Assembly (NCBI GenBank): GCA_016748015.1
Contig: JAAOMT010000776.1
Span: 493,496 to 557,495 of the forward strand
Origin: Geosiphon pyriformis uo1
Lineage: Eukaryota; Fungi; Glomeromycota
Direction of reading: 5' to 3'
DNA: 64,000 nt
Shown: in pieces, positions 46,501 through 61,046 of the stretch
Layout: every line of letters starts with the position of its first letter
Numbering within the stretch: position 1 is the stretch's first letter
Notes under the pieces: generated by a model
Database searches by the model: none
Seen by the model: only the letters and a program-made list of their open reading frames with translations
What the model was told of the DNA's origin: nothing
Translations under genes and position numbers: made by a program

Positions 46501-48140
46501 AGTAGAAAAAAAACAAACATTAAAATTTAATTTCAAAGAATTCAAGTCTAATTTAAACAATAATACACAAACCATACAAGAAAAAATTTTATTTATAATC
46601 AATAAAAAATCAAGGTTTTTTTATTAATAATCTTTTTATATTATCTGATTTCAAAAAGCAAAATCTTACTTAATCAACTTACTAAATTACCAGCAAAAAC
46701 TCTAAAAACTCTTAAAAATCTATATCTTTAGAATTCTAACTAGAATCTTTGAACTAAATTTCTAAAAAAATACAGAGTTATGTTTGAAAGTCTTATTTTA
46801 ATATCCAGTAATCCAATCAGAAACATTTTTTTTGAACACAATTTTTAGTACTACTTTTAATTGAATTAACAACTATTTTCTTAGAAACAATATTTATATT
46901 ACAAGTTATTGTTGTCACCAATAAAAAAAACAATTAGCATTAAGTTTAATAAAGTAACCAAATATACTTTTATCAATATTCTTTTTATTAACAATTAAAA
47001 AAATTCTTATTACTTAAATTATAATTTACAAAAACATTACTAGACTAAAAAAAATTTATAATAAAAAAATACATATATCTGGATTGCAAAAACCAAAAAA
47101 ACAATTATAATCAATAATTAAAATAAGACCAAAACAATATAAACTCTATTTTTTTTGACTGGAATTGCAGATTTGTAGTACCAAAGTCTTAATAAAAAAC
47201 TAAATAATTTTATCATTTTTAAACTTGTCTTCTTATATAATTTTTGTGATTCAAATAGACTTATTAGACTATAAAATCAATTTAATATAATAAAACAAAA
47301 AGATCACAAAGCTAGAATTACTTATTTTAAAAAATTCAATCAAACTCTCTGCCAAATTTAGATAATTAAAAGAAGCTATTACATTTTAGGTCAAATTCTT
47401 AACCAATTTATTAAAAAACTAAGAAGCAGTATCTTTTGATTTGTTAAATCTTAATACTTTAGTAATTTATAAAAGACTATAATACTTGTTTGTAACTTTG
47501 AATTAGCAAAACAAGAAGCCAACCATATCCAAATCATCAATTTGGCTATTATTAAAAGTAAATTTAACAAGATATGATAGTAATATTTGGTGCTTTGAGT
47601 TTGAATATAAAAAGCTTAAGGTTTTTTTTTGTAGGCATATATAGCATATTAAAATTATCAGTCTTTAAAGATTTGTTATGAATATGAATTTATTTATAAA
47701 GTTTTTTGGTTATAAGACACAAAAAGATAGTTTAATTGTTTACTGTTTATATAAATAAGCTATTTTCTTTGAGTTAGTAAGTACAGTTTCTAAAGTTTAA
47801 TGGTGTTTTTTTACTCTTTTGATAAGCTATTAAGATAATATTAATATTCAATTTTAAAAAAAACTTCCTTCTTTTACCAAATTATTATAAAGTCTATTAT
47901 TAGACAGTTAATTTTACAATGTTGCTGCTTTAAAAAAAAATAAGTAAAAAATAAAAAATAAAAAAAAATAAAAAAAAATAAACAAAAAAGAAAGAAGTAT
48001 TATTAATTATTATAATCAAAAATAATTAGTCCAAATCATTATTGTTTTGAGATGTTTTATGCTAAAAACATTTGGCCAGAAATAAAAATAAGATAATTAA
48101 TTAATTTAAGTTAAATGCAAGAATCCATAAATTATGTTGT
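43579..48140. mobile_element. Cluster of strongly eroded LTRs of another family (F): inverted partial copy 43579-~43770; direct copies ~43800-44755 and ~45250-46159, each followed by a PBS and gag start; gag remnant to ~47550; inverted copy ~47560-48140
   Basis: 44130-45220 is a direct repeat of 45630-46600; both have ...ATAATA TTTGGTGTTTTTTGTAA (decayed LTR end + PBS); ELAKQEANHIQIINLAI at ~47500 matches gag of A-C. Confidence 0.7.
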
Positions 48141-50389
48141 TATAGATGTTTTCTTTTGTCTCTAATAATTGTATTATGATTAATTTCTACAGTTTTTTAG
48201 ATCAAGTAATAATATAATAAATTATTTAATTTTAATACAGAGATAAGTATATTAATTTCAATTGGTATTACTTTTGATTTATGCTGAATTTTTATTTAAT
48301 ATATTATTACTATTTTTTTATTTAAGAATCTAAAGATTAGCTTAGTAAGTTTTTCTAATTTTTTAACAAGTATTAAATAATTTTTTCTGGTAAGTGTTTT
48401 TGTTATTAAATTTGATGTGTAACATAATGTTTCTGTCAAAATTGCTGTTAATAGCCACTGCTATACTAGTTTTTTAAGAAGAATTTCTGTTATATCTTTA
48501 TATTTTTAATTATGTCTTTTTTTGAAATTCCTGTAAAGATACTTTTTTTATTTTGTGCTAATATTAGATGTCTGTATTTTTTTACTTGTAGTAAAACAGT
48601 ATTTTATTTCTAATAAATTCAAAAAGAACTAAAATAAAAAATAAAATTCCACAAAATTAGTATTTGTAAAATAATTTTGATTAAAAATTATTTTTCCAAA
48701 GATATGGAGAGCTTGTTTTAGATTTTTAAGTTAACTGTTAATTTTGGTCAAAATATTACAAGTATTTTTTAGATAATTTTATGTATTTAATATCCTTTTA
48801 ATGTGTTTTTAATCTTGTTAAGCTTTGGATCTTATTTATGTTTTTGTTAAAGTGTTGGATGTTTTTACTATTGTTTTTTTTAATAAAAAAGCAATGGTAA
48901 AAAAAGAAGTAGTGGCTTTTTTGGTTGTTTGTAAAGGACCAAATTATAAAAAAAAAGATCTTCAATTCCACTAATTTTAGTATTAGTAATAATACAAAAC
49001 TTGAAAAACACACTGTTTAGCTTTTTTTAAAATTATAATTCAATTCTTTCACTTTTTTTTGTTTTTATTTTATCTAATTGACTTATTGTTTTTTATTATT
49101 CTCTTTTTTTGTCTGTTTTTTTTAGTTAGAAAGCTATCACATATATACATATTTTGAATTATATATAATTATGTCTATTTTAACTAATTAATAAGTAATT
49201 GCTAAACTATTAGATTTTTTATTTGACTGTAAGTGCCTTTTGGCTTCCTTGTTTATGTTAAATTAAAGATGTTTGTGCACATTTTGTATACTATTATGTA
49301 CACATTACATTTTTTAATTTTATTTATTAATCTGTATTATTTATACTATTATTTAATAATTGGTTAATATATTATAATATTATTATTTTTGATTTTTGTT
49401 AATTTTTATTAGATAATATTATTTTTCTCTTAAGATTAAGTTTCATCAAAATCGATATGTATTTTTTCAATGTTAATATCTAACATAAAAGTCTGTATAT
49501 TTGTTTAAATTATTTGTTTTTGCAAGTTCTCAAATTTATTATTAATAAGTTTTCTAATTCTATTAAGAGTAAATATATTCATTTTATTTATTAATACTTT
49601 TGAGCAATATTAAAACAGCATATAAAATTAGTATGCTGCCTTAAAATAGTGCTTAAAATTGCTTTTTTCAGTTAGTTTTTCAAATTTTTGGAGTTTTGTT
49701 TTATCAATATTCTTGCTATTTTTCTTAATGTAAATTGTTTAAAAATCTAATTGTGTGGCTATTATAAAGTATATATAGCAAAAAAAAGCAATTAAATTTG
49801 TTTTTTTTTTGACATTGTATTTTTTAGAAGCTAGAATTTTTTTATGATTTTATTAATCAATATATTAGCATTTTTTGTTTTTTATGATAAGAGTTAAAAC
49901 AATTTGTGTTTGGCTCATTTTCTTACATGACTGGATTTTTTTATATAATATTTCAAAATTATTAAGAGTAATTTCTAATGAAGAATTATTTTTTTGTAGT
50001 AGCCAAAATAAAACTTGGTAAATATTTATAATATTTTTAAGTATATTCATAATAAAAATAAATAATAAATAAATACTAAAATAAATTATTTTTATATATC
50101 AAAATTTTAAAAGAATTTCTTTAATAGTTTAATGTTTCTAATTTTTTTAATTATTTTTGAAATTGTTTTAATTTTTTTTTTATATTAATAATGATAATCC
50201 AAATATAGTTGATCGAATTAATTGTCTCTTAAGTAATGTTTAATAATTATTATTGGCTCTAAATTTTATGGAATTTGGTTAAGAGACACAATTAGTTATG
50301 TGTTTTTAATTTAAGCATTAACAGATCAAATAATTATTGTTAATAATAAATTTTTAATTAATTACTATGTGCAATTTTTTTCAAAATTT

Positions 50390-53300
50390 TATTACTTAAA
50401 TATAACTTATATGCTCTGTTACCCAAGATATTGTGAACATAAAAGAGTCTGTTTTATTTGTTATTAAATTTCTTACTTTATTGTTTTTTTGCTTTTGTTT
50501 AATATAATAAAATTTTGTTTTCTATTTTGTAAATAACAGATTGTTTTGAAAGTTTGTTATCATATTGAACTTTTTGTTATTTTTAAAAGTACTCAATATT
50601 ATTGATTGTACATTGGTAATTGTTTTCTAGTTTTTCTAACAGTTTACAAGCTCATTTTTTAATAGTTTTTTGTAAAATTTTTTTATTTATTATTAGTTTT
50701 ATAGATAACATAGCATTTCTTTTATATATTAATTCAAATAGTGTGAATTTTGTAGTATTATATTTTAGTGTTTGATAAGCCAATAAAACTAAAAGAATAA
50801 ATAAATCTTATTTTTGTTCTATTTTATTGTTTATTTTTATTAATAATTTGCATAATATTCTATTAAAATGTTCTATCAATCTATTTGTCTGTAAATAATA
50901 AAGTAACAAAAAAAGCCATTTTATCTTAAAGTATTAACTGATTTTAACAAGCAAATTGTTTACAAAGTAAGTTCTTTAATCTAAAAGTAATTTTTTTAAA
51001 TAATTATGTCTCCAAATCAAATTTTTATATACAAAATTAACAAATAATTTAGCATCTGTGGTTTTAATGACTCTTGCTTTTGGTTATTTTGTTAAATAGT
51101 CCATAGTAACTGTAATGTATTGGTTCTTTTTAGTAGTAATAGTTAGTAATTTTACTAGATTGATTCCTATTTTATTAAATAATTTTTTATTTTAATGGAT
51201 TATAATAGTTTGGTTGTTTTTAATTTTCTTTTTTTTTAATATATATTGTAATTACAAACATATTATATAATATTATTATATATTTTTGGTCAGTGATATT
51301 AACTAGTTGTTTATTGAATTGTGACTTCTTTTGCAAAGTGTTCTGTATTTAAATCTAAGTACATATTAAAAGGGATAATTTTTTTTCAGTTTTGGTAATT
51401 ACTTAGAATAGATTATGTTGATAATGTTGATATAATATATTGTTTTTAACTAGGTAATGTTTAACTTGTTTCTAAATTTTTATTTGTTTTTTTAATAATA
51501 ATTTTATTGGTAATTAAAGAATTATAAGATAATATATTAGATGTTAATGTGTTTTGGTGTTTATTTTGATTGAGTAGTAGGTAATTTTTGGTGGTTATAT
51601 ATGTCTCATTCAGGATAGATAGTTTGTATTTGTGTTCTTGGTTTCTTTTTTATAAATAATATTATATATGTAGAATTGTAAAGTAGTAATTCATCTGACA
51701 TAATGTTCATTCAACAAGTTTTTGTTTATTAATCAGATAAGTTTTTTGTAATCTGTAATAATATTGAATAAGTCATATAACAAATATTGTCTGAAATATT
51801 TTATAGCTTATACAATTATAAAGCATTCTACTTTATAAGCTATATAGTTTTTTTTGGCTATGCTTAAATCTTTGTTGATATATGTAACTATGTTTTTTTT
51901 TTTATCTTGTTATAATAACATAGCACTTAGACTTGTTCCAGAAACATTGGTTGAAAGTACAAATTTTTTAGTAAAATCGGAATATATTAAAATAGAAGCT
52001 TTAATGAATTTTGCTTTAGGTAGTCAAATATTTGTTCTTGTTTTTTATTCTATTTTCATGTTGTATTTTTAGCTAATAATTAATTTAATAATTGAGCCAC
52101 TATTTATAAGTCTTTAATAAATTTTTAGTAGTATAAAATGAGTTTTAAAAATCCTCAAAGTTTAATTAAATTCTGAAAACAAAAAATTTTTGACTTTCTT
52201 AATTTTCACAGAGTTAAATTTTATTTTATTTTTTCTAATAATGTGCCCTAAAAAAATTAGTTGTGATTTTCTTAAATAGTATTTTTTGGGGTTAAATTTT
52301 AGTTTAATGGTTCAAAGTTTTTTGAAAACTTGCTATAAATATTTAAGATGCTTCTTAAATATTGGTAAGAATATATTTATGTTATCCAAGTAGACCATTA
52401 TAGATTTTTACAAAATTCTGGAGTAGATAATATTTATTAACTGTTAGAATATTGTGAAAGCATTAGTTAATCTGAATGACATTATATTAAATTTGTAATT
52501 ACTATTTTAAATTGTAAAGATAGTCTTTTTTTGGTCATTAAGGTTTATAGCTACTTGCCAATATTTATTAATAAGATTTAAGATTGAAAACTATTTGGAT
52601 TTTCTTAGAATATTCAAAATTTTATCAATTTGTAATAAAGAGTAAATATTTTTTTTGGTAACATTATTGAGTTTTTTATAGTCAATACAGAATCGGATTT
52701 TTCTATTTTTTTTCTGTACTAAAACAACAAATAAAGACTAAAAGCTTATAAAGAGTTTTATAAGCCTATTTTTTAATATTCAATCAACTTTTTCTTTTAT
52801 AAAATTATATTTGGATAGTAGTACTTAATAAACATATTGCTTAATGGATAATATATTTTCTGTATGAATCTGATGATAAACCAAGTTGGTTTATCCAAAC
52901 TTATTTTTTTTGGCAAAAATATTTAAGTATTTTAAGATAAATGCTTTTAATTATTTTTGTTATCAAAAGTTTAGTGATCTAAAATTGAGCTTAATTAATT
53001 CTTTACTAGTCATTTGGTAATATTCAGTACTTGGTTTTAATAGAATTGGTTCAGTTTTATAATATAATATCAACCAAAAGAAGTCAAAAATTTTTTGAAG
53101 TTCATGTTAATTAGCAATATCTGTACTCAGATATTTTAGAACTGTATTTTCAGATAAGTGTATAGTTTTTTCAAATAAGTTATAAATGAGTATTTTTATT
53201 TACAAGTAGTTATAGTGTGATATATACAAATTGGTAAAACCAATTAAAAATTGTTTACAGAAAAAAGCATACAGTTTAAATAAAAAATTTTTTTCTGTTG

Positions 53301-53787
53301 TCTTCTTGTATGTGTTAAATAAATATGTTTTGAATAATAAAATTGTAATTATTTTATTAATTCAGATTATATTTAAAGTTTTTTTGTATTGTTTCTATGT
53401 AGTTAACAGATAGTGTGACTATTTTTATAGAATTAAAACTTTGAGTTTTATGTTTGGTCTTTTCTAGCTCTTTTTAGGTTTTAATGATAATTAATCTAGT
53501 AATTTAGAGTAAAGATAAGAAAATTGTTTGTGCAATTTTTTTTTTGGTTTATTTATATATAATTGGTTTGATTTATTGTGTAATAAAACTATTAGATTTT
53601 TCATATTAATTTTCTTCCTGACTAAATTAGATTAAAAAGTTATTTGTATTATGGCTCTAGTTAATATTTTGAACACTAATTTTAGATTATTTATAATAAC
53701 AACAAATAGTTCTAATGTTAATGTTTGGTTTCTGGAATATCAAAGATTAAATTCAGTATTGGTTGGATATATCTGCTTTGGTTGTCA
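50390..53787 (-). mobile_element. Extremely eroded Gypsy pol (element G): dUTPase, RT, RH, IN remnants
   Basis: Residual KIRFCID (~52690), VYLDN (~52390), YITVTMDYLTK (~51100), FYVHNILGN.AYKL (~50420) and dUTPase motif I-like text near 53740; almost no open frames remain. Confidence 0.75.
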
Positions 53788-56700
53788 TCAATAAAAAAAC
53801 TGAATCAAAACAAGAAAAAACTACAGAAAACAAAGAAAAAATGGCAACTGCTTACATTGCAAAGATTCCAGAATTTACTGGTGAGGATAATGATACTAGT
53901 TTTCAAGAATGACTTGACAAAGTTCAGAAAGCAGGAGATGTAAATGGTTGAAATGCAGTAAGAATACTCAAAGCAATTCCATACTTTTTCTAAGAAACTG
54001 TAGGAGAATAGTTTGAAAACTTGGAAGAACTATTTGGAAACTAGCAAGCATTCAAAGATGCTTTCTTACAACAATTCACTGACAACAACACCTCTATTAC
54101 TCTCTACAATCACTTTCAAAATATTAAACAAAAAACATTTAAAACTGTTATGACTTATCTTGGAAGATTCAACAAACTTCTTTGACAAATTTGACAATTA
54201 GAAACCAATAATTACTATTCTGATGCCCAGATTTTGGATTAGTTTATAACAGAATTAAAAAACAAATTGATCAAGAAAGTTCATTCACATGCCCCAGAAG
54301 ACTTAGCAACTGCCATTAGACATACAAAGAACTATAAAATGGCAATAGAAGAAGCAAACCACACCAAACCTGTCAACCTAGCTATTGAAGAAACCAGCTC
54401 AGCAGCTAACAAAAAATAGACCAACTTACAAAAAAAGTTGAAAGCTACTTTACAAACCAACAACAGCAGCAACAACCATAAAGATATCAACTCCCACAAC
54501 AATGCAACCAGAACAATTTTAGATCACCATCCAACAACCAACCTCAAAATTGTCATTATTATTAAATTCCAGAACACTGGAAACGAAATTGCAGAAAATT
54601 GCAAAGAAACCAACAAAACAGGAGTAATTAACATTACTCTTCATTACAACAATCTTATTATCAATCTCTATTACCAACTTATTATTCACCAAGACCACAA
54701 AATCAAAACAGTTACTATCAACCAGCTCTACAACCAATGCAGCAACAATATCAGCAACCTTTACTAATTCAGCAATATCAGACACCACCCACCCAACAAT
54801 ATCAAATACCAGCCAGAAAATTGGTTCAACATAACCAATTCACATCCCAAAATCAATTTCAAAATAACAACAATAGAATCAACCCAAATAACCAGTTGAT
54901 TCCCCAAAATTCTGGTCAACAAAGACCCAATTATTATTACACTCAACCCAATTATCTTACAATGTCTGAAAGATCGGATTTTCAACAATCTGCACTTTTT
55001 AAAAGTGAAGTTGCAGAACCAAGATCAAACTTTTTCAAAAATACCATTCCATCAACCCAAATTGCCCAAAATGCCAACCTTTCAGATATCTTTCTATTCG
55101 AATTTGAAGCCAATAAATCACCATTCTTGCTTAACAATGCAGCAATCAATGAATAAAAAGCAATTACAGCAATGTATACTGAAGCTAAAGTTAAAGGAAA
55201 ACAAATTTGGTTAATCTTAGACAGTGGATCAGCTGGAAGTATTATCACCTACCAATTAATACAACAGCTTCAAAGAACTGTTAACAGACCAGCCCAAACT
55301 GTAATTGTCACAGCAAATGATATAAAAAAGACACCAGTAAGAAAAATTGACAACTTCTTATTTACTATTGATGAAATCACCATTCCAGTCAAAGTTTTAG
55401 TCATGAATACATCACAATACCAAGCTCTTGTCAGAAATAATTGGCTTCTCAAGGCCAATGCAAATTTGGACTGGAAAACTCAGGAATTGAAGACTTCATA
55501 CCAAGGACAATACACCAGAATATCTGCCATCTGTGGTACCTTTAATAAAAAATCTGAAAAAGCCCCAGTATTCGAATTTGAAAAGGAAAAAGAACTACCA
55601 ACCATTGAAACTTTTATGGCTCTTGAATCAACATCCAGTTGGGCTAAAGAAATAAAACAAGAAATCTTTAAGGAAACTGAAGGATAGAATGTTGTTCGAT
55701 ATTCTATACCAAAACCAAGAAAACAACCACCTTATATCCCATTCAAATGCAGAGATTGCAAGAAAAAACTTTCATCAATAAGAGCATGTATTTCTCCAAA
55801 AGAAGAATATGAAACTTGCACTTGTTATTACTGTAAAGCATGTCATAGAGAACGATTTGGATACCTTAAAAGAAGTGAAAAATGGGACAACACTTCTTGC
55901 CTTACATATAGAGACATGCTACTAGAAGAATACAACTGGATTGATATTGCAATAAGAGAAAGAGTATGTGACCAAACTTGCCAATATGCCTTATCAATTT
56001 CGGAAAAAGTTAAAAGAGGAACACCTTTTGATACAGCATACAACAGTCCTCTTAACAAACTCTACTACTATTCTTATGATGCTGAAATAATTTTCAACTT
56101 AACAATAGCATTAATCAATGGAGCCACTCCAGAAGATGTCCACCAAATGAAAGAAGCTGAATACATTGAGTATACCATGGAATTAGTTAGATTTGATTAT
56201 GAAAATAAAATAGAAATCTACCACCAAATTGCAAGTTATACATATCCAACCAAAGAAGCTCAAATTTAATGATTAGAGCAAATGAACATTCAATTATGTG
56301 AAGAATATATTATGTCTTGTAATGACCAATGGTGTTTAGAATGCTATGCTCTTAGCATTCTCCTGCCAGATAATAATGATGAAAATGAAATCAAATTTGA
56401 AGTATCTGAACTGGTAGAAGAACTACCAACCACCTCCATCTATCTTCTTGAAAATCAACTACCACTACAACTTAAGTATTTTAACAACCATGACCAAAGA
56501 ATCAGACCAGAAAAAGCACACAAAATTGATACTAGATATAATCTAAGATACCCAGGAAAAGATACTTTGATTCTCCAACCAAAGTCCTTGACAAAAATCA
56601 ATCTCAAAATTGCTCTTGAAATTTCACCTGGAGCAATAGTTCAAATTGCTTCTAGATCATCATTGGCAAGCAAAGGAATCAATGTTAGAGGAGAAGTCAT

Positions 56701-59700
56701 AGACACAGAATATACTAGAAATATTACCATCATGTTGCAAAATGAAACAGACAAACTATTCAAGATTAAACATGCCAAAAAGATTGTCCAAGCAATTTAT
56801 TTACTTTTAATCAACATTTCGGGTTTACAATTAGTTAACAACAGAAAACAATTGAGAAAAACTGAAAAAGAAATGCAAGATTTTGGTTTAACTGGACAAT
56901 TTACAGTGCCAATAAACATAGCTCTCAATACACAGAATGAATCCCACCAGATTCTTCAACTTCCCTAACCAATTACCATTTCATCTTTTGGAGAACATCA
57001 CGAAATTTACACTTGCTCAAAACCCACCACTACCCAACAAATCTTTGAATCCAATAAACAAATCTGTTTGAAACATGAAATCTCAATTCCAAACGTTTAT
57101 ATTCCCAAAGGAATGAAAAAATTTCAAGTTACATTCTACAACTCTAATAATTACCCTATTGTCTTATTAAATAAATTAGAAATTAGAATCATATACAGCA
57201 ATATTTTCCAAGATGAAAACCCTCAAATTGTCTCTAATTTCATCGAAATTATAAGACATATACTACTTTCAAATTCAAATATCATTCCTACCACTAAAAA
57301 CTACCACCTTTTGGAAGAAAAACTCTCTCAAATCAACATAGATCTCTTAAAACCCCAACAACAAACACAATTGAAACAGCTAATAGCTGAATTTACAAAT
57401 ATATTTGCAAAAAACAACAATGATTTTGGAAAAACTGATATTGTCCAACATCAGATTTACACAAGAGATGTTCCACCAAAACAACAACAAGTCTATTGGG
57501 TTCTACCAGCTAGCCACCAATTTATCAGAGAGAAGATCCAAAGAATGCTCAATAACAGATTGATTCAACCATCAAAAAGTCCATAGGCCTTACCAGTAGT
57601 TCTTGTCAAAAAGAAAAACGGAAAAATCAGATTTTGTGTTGACTATCAACAATTGAATAGTGTCACAATTGGAAATGCCTACTCTCTTCTAAGAATTGAT
57701 GACATGCTAAATGCTCTGGAAAAAGCCAAGTTCTTCTCAACTTTAGACTTGGAAAGTGAATACTAACAAGTCAAAATAGACCCAAAAGATCAACCCAAAA
57801 CAGCATTTACTACTCAAGAAGAAAACTATGAGTTTAATGTTATGCTTTTTGGACTCTGTAATGCACTAGCAACATTCCAATGACTTATGGATGTTGTATA
57901 TAAAAAACTCTTGTGGCAATTAATAGTTGTCTATCTGAATAATACTGATGTGTACTTACCAAGCTTTAAAGCTCATCTCATTTATCTGTGAGAAGTTTTT
58001 CAACAATTACAGAAAACAAGATTAAAGTTGAATATTGAAAAATGTCACTTTGGAAAAACAAGTTTAATCTTTCTTAGACACATTGTTAACAAAAATAGAG
58101 TCAAACAAAATCTTGAAACAATTAGTACTGTTAAAAACTTTCAAACACCCAAAAATACCACAGAGCTATGAGGATTTGTAGGATTAGCCTCCTACTATCA
58201 AAAATTCATAAAAAGATTCTCAGAGATTGCCAAACCACTCAACTATCTTACCAACAAAAACATGTCATATTAATGGACTGAAGAACAACAGAAAGTCTTT
58301 GACACTCTTAAAACAAAATTGACAACAGCCCCAGTTCTTGCTTACCCAGACTTCAACAAATAATTCCAACTAATCACTGATGCTTCACACATAGCTTTTG
58401 GTGCCATTTTATCACAATTAGATAAAAATGGCCAAGAACAAGTCATTGCCTATGCCAATAAAACACTCAAGCCAACAGAACTCAAATATAACTCAACTGA
58501 ATTAGAAGCTGCTGCAGTTATTTGGGCTCTTAAACATTTTTAACAATATCTGAAGAATAGAAAAAAATTTGACATTATAACTGACAATATTGGTTTCAAA
58601 TGGCTCAATAAAAAGAAAATAAAACAAAGTGCCAAACAGTCTTGATGAAATAATTTCCTAGCAGACTACAAATATATTGTACACTACAAACCAGAAAAAC
58701 TACACACCAATGTTGATAGCCTCTCAAGAATGAGACAAAATTAACACCAACAATTCCACTACAACTTACCACTACCAACAAAACAACAAAACAACAATGA
58801 ATCTCAGAAATTACAACAACCTTAAAAACTATTTGGAGACTCTTATTATACCAAAAAATTGGTCTCCAAGTGAAAAACATCAATTACAACACCAATTCAA
58901 ACAATATTTCATACACCACAACAAAATCTATTACAAAAATTACAGAAATTCAAATCAACCACTTAAATTAATACAAGAGAATGAAAAAGAAACAATCTTA
59001 TACAACATGCACACAGATCCTTTTTTAGTACACTTGAGAAGAGATGGAACAATTCAAAAAACTCTTGAACATTATTTTTGGTCTCACATACAAAAAAATA
59101 TTTGATAATATGTAGAATCCTGTAATAGTTGTCAAAAAAGAGGAGGAACTTGCCTCACAGAACTTTTAAATCCAATCAAAGTTGGACAACCTTTTGACAG
59201 AGTGAGAATTGATTTAATTAGACCATTACTTATCACAACCCAAGAAAACCGTTATATTGCAGTTGCAGTAGATTATCTCATCAAATGGCCTAAAGCTAGA
59301 GCTATCCAAAAAACAAATACAAAATCAGTAGTAAATTTCATTTATGAAGACATTATTTGTAGACATGGATGCCCAATTGAACTTTTATCTAATCAAGGAA
59401 CACATTTTGTGAACAACTTGATACAAAAAATTTGTGAACAATTCAATGTCAAAAGATCTCTATTATTACCTTATCATCTTTAAACAAATAGACTTATAGA
59501 ATGTTTCAACAGAACATTGTGTAAATCTTTAGCCAAAGTCTCAACAGATTTTGAGTAGGAATGAGATATCTTTATTCCATCAGTGTTACTAGCATACAGA
59601 ACACTAAAACAAGATACTATGAAACACACATCATTTGATCTTACTTATAGAAGGACAGCAATATTACCAATTAATTTTACAGTAGAAACATATTTAGTAC

Positions 59701-60326
59701 AACCAATCAATGAAAAAAACTTTCAAAAAACACTCCAAAAAAGAGCCTACACTCTTCTTAGCACATTGGAAGGAAAGAAACACATAGCAGCCACTTATAT
59801 TGAACACCCCCAAGCCCTACAAAAAGAAAGACATGACAACAAACTGTCACCAGTTACCAACGAATTTAAAGTTGGAAATAAAGTTCTCTTATATAAAACT
59901 AAAGCTGAAAAACAATGGAGTAAAAAATTTGAACATAAATAGAATAGACCATTTTATATTCATGAAATTCTAGGCAATGAATCATACAAATTAAGACTTG
60001 ATAACAAAATACTAGCAAAAATTGCACATGGAGATAGATTAAAACATTATTATTCCAGAAACAATTCTGAACCATTAATTACACAAATTGGTACACATTC
60101 CCCTTTAGTTAATCCTGAAGATATTCTCCGAAATTTAGAACCAATAATTATAATAGAACAACAACCAAACTTGAACACTTAATTCAACATAATTTTACAA
60201 TAATCCTTTTAATAATACACAAAAACAAAAATAGTAAATAATTACAAAAAGAAAACACTCAAACCCAAAAACAAATAAAACCCTATATCCAAAAATTTTT
60301 TTTTTTATTAATCAACTATTTTTATC

Positions 60327-61046
60327 ATGATTATTCTCTGAAATATCCAACAAATATTCCAAAAATTAATGTTAGCCTTGAAAACACTTTCTGACTTATC
60401 CATAACAATTAATGAAAGTTAAATTAATTACATTCAGAAAAAAACCACAGCCCCAGTAGTAAATAATTCTCAGAACTATCATCTATATAGAAAAAAACAA
60501 GAGATTACTTTGAAAATAAGTTACCAGAACTTTTGAAGCAAGCACTAAAAGAAAATCTTTTAATTGCCTCTATTGATATTTCACCAAATGCTACAATTCA
60601 ACAAAAATTTCTACTATTTTTTAATGAACAGAACAATGAACATACTCTCATATATAGATATTTTCATATTGGAAAAACACTTTATGAACAAAAACTGGAA
60701 CTTGAAACAACCAACATCACTCCTAAGGCTATACAAAAAACAAATTTACAATGAATTCAAAACAGCAGCTAGACCAACAAACACTCGCTATAAACTTAAA
60801 GCAGCATTTAAACTCTATGATTTATTTAACACTTGTGAAAACATCTTACAAAATTTAATACTTCATCCAATAAAGATTTAATACATTGGAAAGTTCACAG
60901 AACTGAAATTTCAACAAATTTCAGATCAAATCACTTTAATTATCTTAGACCACTATCTTAACATCACAGATAGTGCTTAGACTTTGATGGAGCTTAGTCT
61001 TAAAGAGGAGATTATGTTACCAGTAGAATTTTAAGCTATTAATTAG
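60327..61046 (+). pseudogene. ORF3 of element E
   Basis: ATG at 60327; homologous to 10297-11016; compensating indels in A-runs plus nonsense transitions. Confidence 0.75.

Noticed and set aside
43686-53413. Short I/L/F/K/N-rich ORFs (43686, 48798, 49865, 51854, 53231)
   Set aside because: Chance ORFs in extremely AT-rich eroded repeats.
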